NCBI GenBank assembly: GCA_963743365.1
Contig: CAVUQE010000013.1
Location: 16,513 to 80,512, forward strand
Reading direction: 5' to 3'
Source of the DNA: an uncultured Acidobacteriaceae bacterium
GTDB lineage: Bacteria > Acidobacteriota > Terriglobia > Terriglobales > Acidobacteriaceae
DNA length: 64,000 bases
Shown: positions 29,560 to 38,323 of the stretch, in pieces
How the letters are laid out: each line of letters opens with the position of its first letter
How positions within the stretch are numbered: the stretch's first letter is position 1
Position numbers and translations under genes: made by a program
Notes under the pieces: generated by a model
What the model was told of the DNA's origin: nothing
The model's input: the letters and a program-made list of their open reading frames with translations, nothing else
Database searches by the model: none

Positions 29560-30021
29560 ATGAAGAAGTCATTCAGTTTTCGTTTACAGAGCGCTGTCCT
29601 GGCCGTATGCCTGGTGGGTGGCGCTCACGTCTTTGCCCAGGAACCCGGTGGAGCTCCAGAAACCCCCGCGCCACCCCCAACCGGTGGCCATCGCGGGATG
29701 ATGGATCCGGCGCAGCAATTGGAAGGGATGACCAAGCGCTACAATCTGTCCGCTGATCAGCAGACCCAACTCAAGCCCATTCTGGCATCCCAACAGCAAC
29801 AAATGCAGGCGTTGCGCGGGGATTCTTCGCTATCGCGTGAAGACCGCATGACAAAGATGCAGAGCATTCGTGCCGACACCAAGACCAAGATTGAAGCGGT
29901 TTTGAACGATGATCAGAAAAAGCAGTTTGAAGCGGATCAACAGCAAATGCAGGAGCGGATGCAACAGCGGATGCAGGGCGGCGGCGGTCCGGGTGGTGGT
30001 GGGCCTCCACCGCAGCAGTAA
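29560..30021 (+). CDS. periplasmic Spy/CpxP-like (LTXXQ-type) protein
   Basis: 153-aa ORF with a signal peptide, helical Gln-rich repeats (NLSADQQTQLKPIL, LNDDQKKQFE) and a Gly/Pro tail. Confidence 0.65.
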   Translation: MKKSFSFRLQSAVLAVCLVGGAHVFAQEPGGAPETPAPPPTGGHRGMMDPAQQLEGMTKRYNLSADQQTQLKPILASQQQQMQALRGDSSLSREDRMTKMQSIRADTKTKIEAVLNDDQKKQFEADQQQMQERMQQRMQGGGGPGGGGPPPQQ

Positions 30022-30034
30022 CGCCGATTTGCAA

Positions 30035-30088
30035 AGAGTGTGGGAAGGGTGGGAGGCGGCTCTATGGCTTTGCATGCTCCCACACTCT
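30035..30088. terminator. long-loop hairpin between convergent genes
   Basis: AGAGTGTGGGA (30035-30045) pairs with TCCCACACTCT (30078-30088) and is followed by GTCATTTTGT on the plus strand. Confidence 0.4.
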
Positions 30089-30118
30089 GTCATTTTGTAA
30101 GACTGGATCAGGGTTGTC

Positions 30119-31786
30119 TTAGATGGTCGCTGACGCTTCGCTGTGAAGCGCCAGGTACTGGTGAATGAAAGCAATGGCCATGCTGCCCTCTCCGACCGCA
30201 CTGGAAACACGCTTCATCGAGCCGTGGCGAACGTCACCGGCACAGAAGAGTCCTGGCAAATTCGTTTCCAGATGAAAAGGGAGACGATTGGTTGTCCAGT
30301 TACTCAGCTCGGTGACGTCCCGGCCGGTTCGAACAAAGCCTCTCTCATCACGTTGAAGTGCCTCGGGGAGCCAGTTGGTTGTGGCATTGGCGCCGATCAT
30401 GACACAGAGTACGCCCGCCTCTCGACGAACCACTTCCTCATCCTGGTGCCTGGTGTAGACAGCGTCGAGACGATGCTCTCCATCAACGGAGACGACCTGC
30501 GTACGACTCTCCACTCTGATGTTGGCCTTGCGCCCAATTTGCTGCACTAAGTAGTGCGACATGCCGTCTTCCAGCTTATCGCCGCGAATGAGCAAGGTGA
30601 CGGACCGGGCGTAGTTGGCGAAGAAAACGGACGCCTGACCAGCGGAGTTGCCGCCGCCTACCAGGAAGACGTCCTTGCCGCGGACATGGCATGGTTCAGC
30701 GCCAGCGGCCCCATAGAATATGCCCTTTCCTATCAAACTATCCAGACCCTCGGCTTCTAGAATGCGCCACTCGACGCCCGTGGTTAGAACGACTGCCTTG
30801 CCCTTGATGTGTTCTCCGCCATCTACTTCAATCCGATACCCGTCAGGGAGTGTCACAATCGCTGTTACCTCTCGTGTCACGACCATCTCGGCTCCAAAAC
30901 GTTTGGCTTGCTTGAGCGCCCGTTCGCTCAGGTCGTCACCTGAGATGCCGTTGGAGAAGCCGAGATAATTGTCGATACGCGATGAGGTGCCTGCCTGGCC
31001 ACCCGCGGCTTTCCGCTCAACGAGAAGGACGGAGAGCCCCTCAGATGCCCCGTAGACTGCTGCGGCAAGACCCGCGGGTCCTCCGCCGACGACTACGACA
31101 TCGTAGGCGTCTTTGTTGGGACAGGTTGGCATCCCGAGCGCCTCAGCGACCTTTCTTACGGTCAGAGGGTATTCCAAGCAGCAAGAGTCATCGACAACGA
31201 CCGTGGGACTGTTATGGCTGGAAGGTACACAGGAGGGGATGCGTTCGGATTGCCGCCGTCGATCGACCCATTCGTAGGAGATTCGGTTCAGCCGCAGAAA
31301 TGTCCGGATGTCGCTAAGATCAGTCTCCGGTCGAGAGCCAATTACCTTTACTCGAGGTGAAGGTAGTCCCAACGCATAGTTTTCGATGTCAGCGAAACGG
31401 TCTTTCAGCGCCTTGAGGATGGTTGCGCCGCAAACGGTGGAGCTCCGGATCAGTTCCTGGAGGTGCTGCACTCCAAGCTGGGCCACCCTGCACCTTGAAA
31501 TAGCGCGTAAAGAACATAACGCGGGTATGCCAAAAAGCGCTGAGACCTCACCGAAGAAGTCTCCCGGGCCGAGTTGGGCGAGTACAACGTCCCGGCCCAG
31601 GAGTTCCTTACTCAACTCGAGCCGGCCTTCCAGGAGCACGAAGAAGTTTAGTCTCTCGCCTTCACGGATCAGGAACTCGTCTGATTCAAGACGCACGTCA
31701 GCTGCGACTTGAGCCAACCGCGCCAGGTCTTCCTCTGGCAAAGAGGCGAACAGGCTCCTGGTCCTTAACAAATCGGGAGTGATCAT
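30119..31786 (-). CDS. cyclic-nucleotide-binding domain fused to a thioredoxin-reductase-like FAD/NAD(P) oxidoreductase
   Basis: 555-aa ORF. The N-terminus has a cNMP-binding fold (FFGEVSALFGIPA). It is followed by VVVVGGGPAGLAAAVY, LVGGGNSAGQA and FCAGDV motifs. Confidence 0.85.
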   Translation of the reverse strand: MITPDLLRTRSLFASLPEEDLARLAQVAADVRLESDEFLIREGERLNFFVLLEGRLELSKELLGRDVVLAQLGPGDFFGEVSALFGIPALCSLRAISRCRVAQLGVQHLQELIRSSTVCGATILKALKDRFADIENYALGLPSPRVKVIGSRPETDLSDIRTFLRLNRISYEWVDRRRQSERIPSCVPSSHNSPTVVVDDSCCLEYPLTVRKVAEALGMPTCPNKDAYDVVVVGGGPAGLAAAVYGASEGLSVLLVERKAAGGQAGTSSRIDNYLGFSNGISGDDLSERALKQAKRFGAEMVVTREVTAIVTLPDGYRIEVDGGEHIKGKAVVLTTGVEWRILEAEGLDSLIGKGIFYGAAGAEPCHVRGKDVFLVGGGNSAGQASVFFANYARSVTLLIRGDKLEDGMSHYLVQQIGRKANIRVESRTQVVSVDGEHRLDAVYTRHQDEEVVRREAGVLCVMIGANATTNWLPEALQRDERGFVRTGRDVTELSNWTTNRLPFHLETNLPGLFCAGDVRHGSMKRVSSAVGEGSMAIAFIHQYLALHSEASATI

Positions 31787-31907
31787 CGCGAAGACACCGC
31801 ATTAGGGCCGAAGCATCGAATACGGCTGCATTTTCCAAGGACCTGAATCATGGGGTGGTAAGTTTTCCCTTAAAGATCGCTTGACACTTTTCATCTTCTC
31901 ACATTGA

Positions 31908-31925
31908 ATACCTACTAGTACGTAT
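31908..31925. promoter_or_regulatory. candidate operator palindrome, with TTGACA at 31881-31886
   Basis: ATACCTACTAGTACGTAT matches its own reverse complement at 16 of 18 positions. It lies between a TTGACA hexamer and the ATG at 31942, and a TetR gene follows in the same direction. Confidence 0.3.
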
Positions 31926-31941
31926 TTAAGTGGAGATATTC

Positions 31942-32973
31942 ATGAATCGATTATCCGGCGTCTGTTTCCTTCTTTGTTTTCAAGCAGCTTCCTGCATCCT
32001 GAATCACGTCGGGATAGCGCAAGCCCAAACCAGTAGCCCCACTGACGACAAGAGCCCTTCCATCGTGGAGTGGACATCTACCAAGGTCGAACACGCGTAC
32101 GGCCTGCCCGATACCAAGGCGAACCAGAAGGGTGTGCTCACCATCAACTCCGGAGGCTTCATCTTCACCGGGAACTCCGGCTCCTACACGATTCCTCGTC
32201 CGGCCCTCCTGGCCGTGAGTACCGGAAACGAGCGAGTGGAACTCTGGGGTATGAAGGGGAGGATCCTGCGAATGGCGATCCCTGATGGTGGAGGGATTGC
32301 AGCTGCGGGGGTAATGCAACACAAAGTAAACATGCTCTCGGTGGAGTTCAAAGACTCTCGAGATGGCTACCACGGAGCGGTGTTCTATCTTCCAGAAGGA
32401 GAAGCCGAACACGTCCTCTCTGGCTTCGCGGAACTACGGCCCACCCAAAACGGAATTTCCAAACTTGATGCCGCGAGATCTACGCCAACCTGCGAGAACA
32501 GTTCGATCAACCCGGGGAGCGTGCTCATCTTCATGCCAGACTGGAACCAGACCGAAGTTCCTGCGGCTTATCGAGCTTTCTTGTACGAACACGCTGTCGA
32601 CCGGGTGCAACGACTGCAAGGCATCGGTCATGTTTATCGGGAAGGGGAAGGGTTCGGTCAGAAGATGTGCCCGGAGTACACAATTCACGTTTCTGTCTCC
32701 TCGTTCAGGCAAGGTAGCCAAGTTGAACGAGCTGTGATGGGGCCCGTCGGGATGTTCGTGGGTACCACTCAGATGTCCTTCCAGGTGAACATCACGGATA
32801 CTACGGGGCAGCTCAATGTCACTGACCGGTTGAAGGCAACTGTCCGCGGCGAGTCAGAGAGCAAGAATGTTGCCGACAGTGTCGCGAAGACGATTGCCAA
32901 ACGCTACGCTGCTGAAACTAGGAAATTCGAGAAGACTCGAGTGGCCAGCGCAGGGGGGTCCATACGCGAGTAA
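31942..32973 (+). CDS. hypothetical secreted protein
   Basis: ATG at 31942 with GGAG 8 nt upstream and signal peptide MNRLSGVCFLLCFQAASC. No recognised motif. Confidence 0.6.
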   Translation: MNRLSGVCFLLCFQAASCILNHVGIAQAQTSSPTDDKSPSIVEWTSTKVEHAYGLPDTKANQKGVLTINSGGFIFTGNSGSYTIPRPALLAVSTGNERVELWGMKGRILRMAIPDGGGIAAAGVMQHKVNMLSVEFKDSRDGYHGAVFYLPEGEAEHVLSGFAELRPTQNGISKLDAARSTPTCENSSINPGSVLIFMPDWNQTEVPAAYRAFLYEHAVDRVQRLQGIGHVYREGEGFGQKMCPEYTIHVSVSSFRQGSQVERAVMGPVGMFVGTTQMSFQVNITDTTGQLNVTDRLKATVRGESESKNVADSVAKTIAKRYAAETRKFEKTRVASAGGSIRE

Positions 32974-33083
32974 GGACGGCGTATTGCGTTTTGGGAGGCC
33001 AAGGCGCAGCAGATAGTCTCAAGACCCTACGACCAGCTCCGGGCCGGCATCTCTCGGCGAACTGCCGATCGTATGATAAAGAG

Positions 33084-33770
33084 ATGACACCGGTGAAGCT
33101 GAACAAGCATCAGCTTAAGACGAAGGAAACGCGAGAGCTGTTGCTCCGCGCTGCCCAGGAGATCTTTGTTCGCGAAGGATACTCGGGAGCGGAATTGGGG
33201 GAGATTGCCGCGGCCGCAGGCCGGACGAAGGGTGCCATCTACGCCCAATTCGAGAGCAAGGAGGACATCTTCATGGCGCTGGTGGAGGACTATGCGCTGC
33301 GCAATCGCTCCGAGATGGTGAAGGCGCTGGCAAACTCGTCGGGCGTCGAGCAGAATCGGGAGATGTTCAAAAGGTTATGTATGAAAATGAGCGGGGATCG
33401 GACTTGGAACATCCTGATGCTCGAATTCAAACTCTTTGCCGTCCGCAATCCTGAAGCTAGGAAGCGCTACCAGAGATTCATGTCGAAGATGATTTCCCCA
33501 GATGATGAAAAGCGTCTAACACTCTTGTTGGGAGCCGAGCGGAAGGGGGAACACGCGCTTAGCCGTTCGCTCAGTGTTCAGCTCATTCAGCCCTTGCTGT
33601 CGGCGATCGCGCTGGAGGCGCTGTTTGACCCCGAGGTGCTCACGGCGGACGCTGGAAAGAAGGTGGCGCGCCGCCTCTTCGACGCCCTGTTTGACGCGCC
33701 AGGTGATGTACAGTCTGTTGACCTTCCCAGGCGATCAAGACATCAAGCGGTGTCAAAAAACGTTAAGTAG
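33084..33770 (+). CDS. TetR/AcrR-family transcriptional regulator
   Basis: N-terminal HTH region (TRELLLRAAQEIFVREGYSGAELGEIAAAAGRTKGAIYAQFESKEDIF). The ATG at 33084 is preferred over the longer ORF-track start. Confidence 0.85.
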   Translation: MTPVKLNKHQLKTKETRELLLRAAQEIFVREGYSGAELGEIAAAAGRTKGAIYAQFESKEDIFMALVEDYALRNRSEMVKALANSSGVEQNREMFKRLCMKMSGDRTWNILMLEFKLFAVRNPEARKRYQRFMSKMISPDDEKRLTLLLGAERKGEHALSRSLSVQLIQPLLSAIALEALFDPEVLTADAGKKVARRLFDALFDAPGDVQSVDLPRRSRHQAVSKNVK

Positions 33771-33915
33771 CCCGAAACGCAAAAGGCGTGGAGATGCAAA
33801 AAACGGTTCTGCCTCTTCGTATGTTTTGGCGCATCGGGATGCGCCTCCTCCCCGCCATCGCGATAAAGTACATCCGCGCTGTATCGCCCCACCGGGTGCA
33901 AGGGCTGGTAACGGA

Positions 33916-34335
33916 TCAGACCGGACTCCGGCGTCCAATGCTCCCATAGAGTTTCCTGATAGCTGGTGGTGGCTCGCGTGGCAAATAGGTTCGGGAGCTG
34001 ACGAGCGATAGCATATGGCGCTGGGCTGCTGAATCCGGCGCAGCGGTAGTAGGAATCTCCGCTGGGGGCAGATCGAGAAATGCCGACATGTCAGCCAGCG
34101 CCAATAACGCTTGCTGGGATTTCGGGCCGGGCAGCGCGCTTAACCAGCGCGATAATTTGACCGAGTTCAGCCGCTGAGTCAGTTCCAGGTTGGACAGTTT
34201 TCGGCCCACGTGGGCATCCTCCTGGGTAGGCGCGGCCGCTAACAATCGCTCCAGCTCTTCGACGGAGATTGGGTTAGCTGCAAACGCAGGCAAGGCGATC
34301 GCAAACAACAAGAGCAGAAGTGCGATCCTTCGCAT
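33916..34335 (-). CDS. hypothetical secreted protein, possibly 3'-truncated
   Basis: The ATG at 34335 gives signal peptide MRRIALLLLLFAIALPAFA. The gene follows the VWA gene by 61 bp. The last ~25 residues (SSRTYLPREPPPAIRKLYGSIGRRSPV) look non-native. Confidence 0.45.
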   Translation of the reverse strand: MRRIALLLLLFAIALPAFAANPISVEELERLLAAAPTQEDAHVGRKLSNLELTQRLNSVKLSRWLSALPGPKSQQALLALADMSAFLDLPPAEIPTTAAPDSAAQRHMLSLVSSRTYLPREPPPAIRKLYGSIGRRSPV

Positions 34336-34396
34336 CAAGCCATCAACGGGCTGCATACGAAATACCAGGCAGCTGAGATTGCGTGCGGCAACGGAT

Positions 34397-36145
34397 TTAT
34401 TTTGCTCTGCCCAAGGGCACTTCAAGGCTGCCTACCTGTCCGGAGACGTGGTCGTAGATGCCGGCACGAAGCCAGGCTGCTTGCGCGGGTATATCCAGTT
34501 GCTCGCGATAATGGATGCCCTCTTTTATGAAGCGGGCGTATTCCGCGGACGGCACGTTGAGGCTAAGCGTGTTGGCGACGGAGTTTAGCGCCTTACCGTC
34601 ACGGTCATAAGCAATAGAGACGAGAGTGGCCTGGCCATGGAGCACACCGTCGGCAGATGCGCTGAGCACCAGCGGAGCCACATCAACGTCGTAGGCAACG
34701 GAATACCGCGTCACCGGCCGCGGGACGTTAGGATTGCTGCCCGCTAGCGGAGCTGTCGCCGGCTGCACGGCGCCGCGAACGGGAGACAAACGAAATAAAA
34801 TCTGCGTGGACGCCGGAACGTTATGTTGCATGAGGGCCAGAAAGCTATTGTCGTGGGCAGGCGCCAGGGCTGGTGAATAACTGCGGCGATACGACAGATG
34901 GTAGTTACCGGGGTGGACGCGCACTTCGATGCGGCGAAGTTTGTTGTCCTGCGACTTATCCGAGGGAACGTAGGCCAGGGTGTAGTAGTGCGCTCCCGTG
35001 CGATCGACTTCGGCCAGCGCGCCCTTCAGGTCGTTGGTGTTGTAGATTGCTTCGCCGCCGGTGGCATGCGCAACCTGTTCCAGCGTCAAGCGCTCCTCCG
35101 CGTGCAGGCTGGAGTCCGCGGATTCGGCGGCGTCGACCCGATCTGGAGTGCGCACTATGCTGTCGCCGGCGGCGATGGCAGGAAGCGACAAAGGTTGCGG
35201 AAAGAGGCCGCGCGCGTCGATCGGGTAGACCGCGACGCGAGCATTGGCGAGAAGGCCGGCCGTATGGTTGACAGCCCCAGAAAAGTCACGTGCGGACTGG
35301 GTGGGATCTTTCAGGTCGGGGTTGGGCATAACGCCCAACGGAAACGAGCCCGAAAGCCACATCACATTCTTGCGCCCCGGCATGCCGGAGAGGTAGCGAG
35401 CCAGTTGATCGAAGGCGGAGAGGGTGTACTGCACGCGAAGATTGAGGTTGAACGAATCCTGCTCGGCGTTGAACTGCTGCAGGTGGTGCATCATCATTTC
35501 CCCTCTTGCCACGCTCTGCATGGCCAGACCTAATTCGAGTGCGTCATCCTCATCCTTCATTTGCCGCGCGGTGTCTTGTGGTGTCTTGAGCAAGGGAGAC
35601 TTCTGCGGCGAACGAGTGAACTCATCCACAGCCTTCAGCAGTGCGCTGTGGTCGGTGGTGAAGCCTTCGATTTGTTGCAGTTGCGTGTAGAGAGTAAAGA
35701 TGGCAATCGGCTTGTTGACGGGCAGAGTTTTCAGGTACTCCAGCATCACGCGGTGCGTCTGAACCTGGCCTGAGGGTGGTGTGTTGAGCGCATCCAGCAA
35801 CAGAACATCCACTGTATCTTTGTCCGCAACCGCCTCAGCGTTGCTGTAGACGCCGGCCGGCAGCGGCGGTGGCGCCGCCGGCGCGAGCGGCGTTGCCGAA
35901 GGATGAGAGGCGAAGGAGACGATCTGCTGCGGCTGCCCGTTTTCCAGGATAGAAAAGTCGTCCTGGGATAAGCCTTCGACAGGGTTGCCGTGGTGGCCAG
36001 TCACCACTACATCCACAAGAACGTTGGTGGTGCCCGTCTTAAAGGTGGGTGGAGTGGGTGTAGCAGCGGGGTTCGATTGCGCGAAGGCGACGGACGCGAG
36101 GGCGAATATCCCGGAGAGAAATAGCAAAAGCCGCGTGGCGCGCAT
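34397..36145 (-). CDS. VWA domain protein of the acidobacterial TIGR03436 type
   Basis: 582-aa ORF with a signal peptide, then FKTGTTNVLVDVVVTGHHGNPVEGLSQDDFSILENGQPQQIVSF. The central region is VWA-like. Confidence 0.82.
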   Translation of the reverse strand: MRATRLLLFLSGIFALASVAFAQSNPAATPTPPTFKTGTTNVLVDVVVTGHHGNPVEGLSQDDFSILENGQPQQIVSFASHPSATPLAPAAPPPLPAGVYSNAEAVADKDTVDVLLLDALNTPPSGQVQTHRVMLEYLKTLPVNKPIAIFTLYTQLQQIEGFTTDHSALLKAVDEFTRSPQKSPLLKTPQDTARQMKDEDDALELGLAMQSVARGEMMMHHLQQFNAEQDSFNLNLRVQYTLSAFDQLARYLSGMPGRKNVMWLSGSFPLGVMPNPDLKDPTQSARDFSGAVNHTAGLLANARVAVYPIDARGLFPQPLSLPAIAAGDSIVRTPDRVDAAESADSSLHAEERLTLEQVAHATGGEAIYNTNDLKGALAEVDRTGAHYYTLAYVPSDKSQDNKLRRIEVRVHPGNYHLSYRRSYSPALAPAHDNSFLALMQHNVPASTQILFRLSPVRGAVQPATAPLAGSNPNVPRPVTRYSVAYDVDVAPLVLSASADGVLHGQATLVSIAYDRDGKALNSVANTLSLNVPSAEYARFIKEGIHYREQLDIPAQAAWLRAGIYDHVSGQVGSLEVPLGRAK

Positions 36146-36318
36146 TGAGCCTTCAAGAAGTTTTGATCATTCCTACTCAGCTAATCTGCAGCCTCAGCGG
36201 TAGGACTGTACTTCGCGTTGGCGACAATGATACAAGAGCTGCTCTATAGTTCATGGTTGACCAGACGACCGGTCTTCGTCTCCCGCTTCGGTGAAACGAG
36301 CGGAAAGAAAGGGCGAGC

Positions 36319-37791
36319 ATGAGGATTCCGGGCAAGGTGACGGCCGCGCTGCTACTGATGGGAATGACCAGCCTGGTCATGGCCGCCGACAACGATAGCA
36401 ATCTGCTGAAGAACGATGGCTCTCTTGATCGGCTCTTGAAGCAGTCCGGCGTGTACAACGCATCGAGCACGGGCAAGACCCCGGGTTTCGTGGTCGATCC
36501 CGCGTGGCCGCAACCGCTGCCCAACAATTGGATTCTGGGCCAGATAGGCGGTCTCTATGTCGACCCGCATGACCATATCTGGGTCTACAATCGGCCGCGC
36601 ACTATGACCAATGAAGAGGCCGGCCTCGAAGGGCCCGTGCCCGGCGCCGTCAACGACAAGGGTCAGCCGGTCAACGGCCTTGGCCAGGTGCGTACCTATG
36701 GCTCGATTGCAGATTGCTGCAAAGCCGCGCCCTCGGTGCTGGAGTTTGATACCCAGGGAAAGCTGTTGCGCGCCTGGGGTGGTCCTGCCGACCCTGGTTT
36801 TATCGGCGGTAAGTGTAAGGCGGAGGCTGGGTGCCTTTGGCCCAGCAGCGAGCACGGTATTTATGTGGACCAGAACGACAACGTCTGGCTCTCGGGAAAT
36901 TCCGCTGCAGCCGACAGGGGAGGCTCGCCCTGGGCAACAAACAAGCAAGGCGGCGATGGCTTCGTCCAGAAATTCGACATGGACGGCAACTTCAAGTTGA
37001 GAATCGGGGGAACCTCAAACCGGCCGGATAGCAACGATACGCACGGCGGTGTGAATGGCACGCCGCTGCTTTACCAGGCGGCAGACATGGTGGTCGATCC
37101 CGCAACCAACCGCCTCTATATTGCCGACGGCTACGGAAATCGCCGGGTCCTGATCGTGGACGCCGACACCGGCAAATACATTGGCCACTTCGGCGCCTAT
37201 GGAAACAATCCCGTCGATGATGCCGCAGCCGCCGCAGCCGGGACGTGGATCGAGGACTATACCAAAGGCAACAAGAAACCCGGCTTCTTCCGCAACCCCG
37301 TGCATTGCGTGAAGATTGCCAATGACGGCAAACTCTACGTCTGCGACCGGGGCAACGATCGTATCCAGGTATTTGACATTCACGATCCCGCGCTGGGTAG
37401 GCCCTGCAGCAATTCGACCGGTACGGCCGGCAAGTGCGGGTTCGTGGCCGAGCAATTTATCAGCGAGCACACCAATATCATCGGCACCGCTGTTTCTCTC
37501 AACTTCTCCAGAGACCAGGCGCAGAGTTGCCTCTACATCGGCGACAACGCCAACATGACCATCTATGTCCTGAACCGGAGCAATCTGCAGGAGTTGGGCC
37601 GCCTGGGCCGCAGTGGCCGCGCGCCGGGCGACTTCCACTGGCTGCACCAGGTAAGCCTGGACAGCAAGGGCAACATCTATACCGGGGAAGTGGACACGGG
37701 AAAGCGGATCCAGAGATTTCTCCGCTACGGCAGCACCGGTTGCAGCGGAACTGGATCGTCTGTCGTAGGTGGACCGATGGCCACGAAGTAG
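36319..37791 (+). CDS. secreted NHL-repeat six-bladed beta-propeller protein
   Basis: 490-aa ORF with a signal peptide and NHL-like blades (RLYIADGYGNRRVLIVD, KLYVCDRGNDRIQVFD, GNIYTGEVDTGKRIQRF). Confidence 0.78.
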   Translation: MRIPGKVTAALLLMGMTSLVMAADNDSNLLKNDGSLDRLLKQSGVYNASSTGKTPGFVVDPAWPQPLPNNWILGQIGGLYVDPHDHIWVYNRPRTMTNEEAGLEGPVPGAVNDKGQPVNGLGQVRTYGSIADCCKAAPSVLEFDTQGKLLRAWGGPADPGFIGGKCKAEAGCLWPSSEHGIYVDQNDNVWLSGNSAAADRGGSPWATNKQGGDGFVQKFDMDGNFKLRIGGTSNRPDSNDTHGGVNGTPLLYQAADMVVDPATNRLYIADGYGNRRVLIVDADTGKYIGHFGAYGNNPVDDAAAAAAGTWIEDYTKGNKKPGFFRNPVHCVKIANDGKLYVCDRGNDRIQVFDIHDPALGRPCSNSTGTAGKCGFVAEQFISEHTNIIGTAVSLNFSRDQAQSCLYIGDNANMTIYVLNRSNLQELGRLGRSGRAPGDFHWLHQVSLDSKGNIYTGEVDTGKRIQRFLRYGSTGCSGTGSSVVGGPMATK

Positions 37792-38323
37792 AAACCGGGG
37801 GTATAAGGAAGTGGATGCCCGGGTCGCCCTCAAGCCCTTGAACAGTTTGATTCGGGTAGTGGCCTCGCGGCTCAGATTTCCGAACATGTGCTATCCGAAC
37901 AGAGTCAAATACTTACACCACCAGCTTCGGGATCCCGGCCATTTGCCGGCACGTTTCCTACCGGCGTTCGCGGCTAGATACCCTTTGGTTCTATTGCTTT
38001 TTTCGTCAAGACGGTCCCAAGATTCTCTTTGGGTGAATGGCAGGTTCGCTATCAAGGAAGGCGGCAGCGAAGGGGTGTCTCTCTTCCCAGAAAACGATGT
38101 CTGCGGGCGCCGAAGAAAAAGGATCTTTCGTTGCCTTAGGAAACCAACCTCCGATCAGAGACCTACATCTAAGGTCCAGCGCAAAAATAAATTTGGTACG
38201 TTTTGTAGCGCGACTTCAATGATCCGCCTCCGGACTGTCACTGTGTGTTGAAAGGGCCGCGGCAAACCTGATTGCAGGTTTGCCCGCCGCTAGACGCTTT
38301 GCGCTTAATTCAGGGAGATCGGC

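Noticed and set aside
37015-37887. 290-aa minus-strand ORF.
   Set aside because: It is antisense to the NHL-repeat gene and has no motifs.
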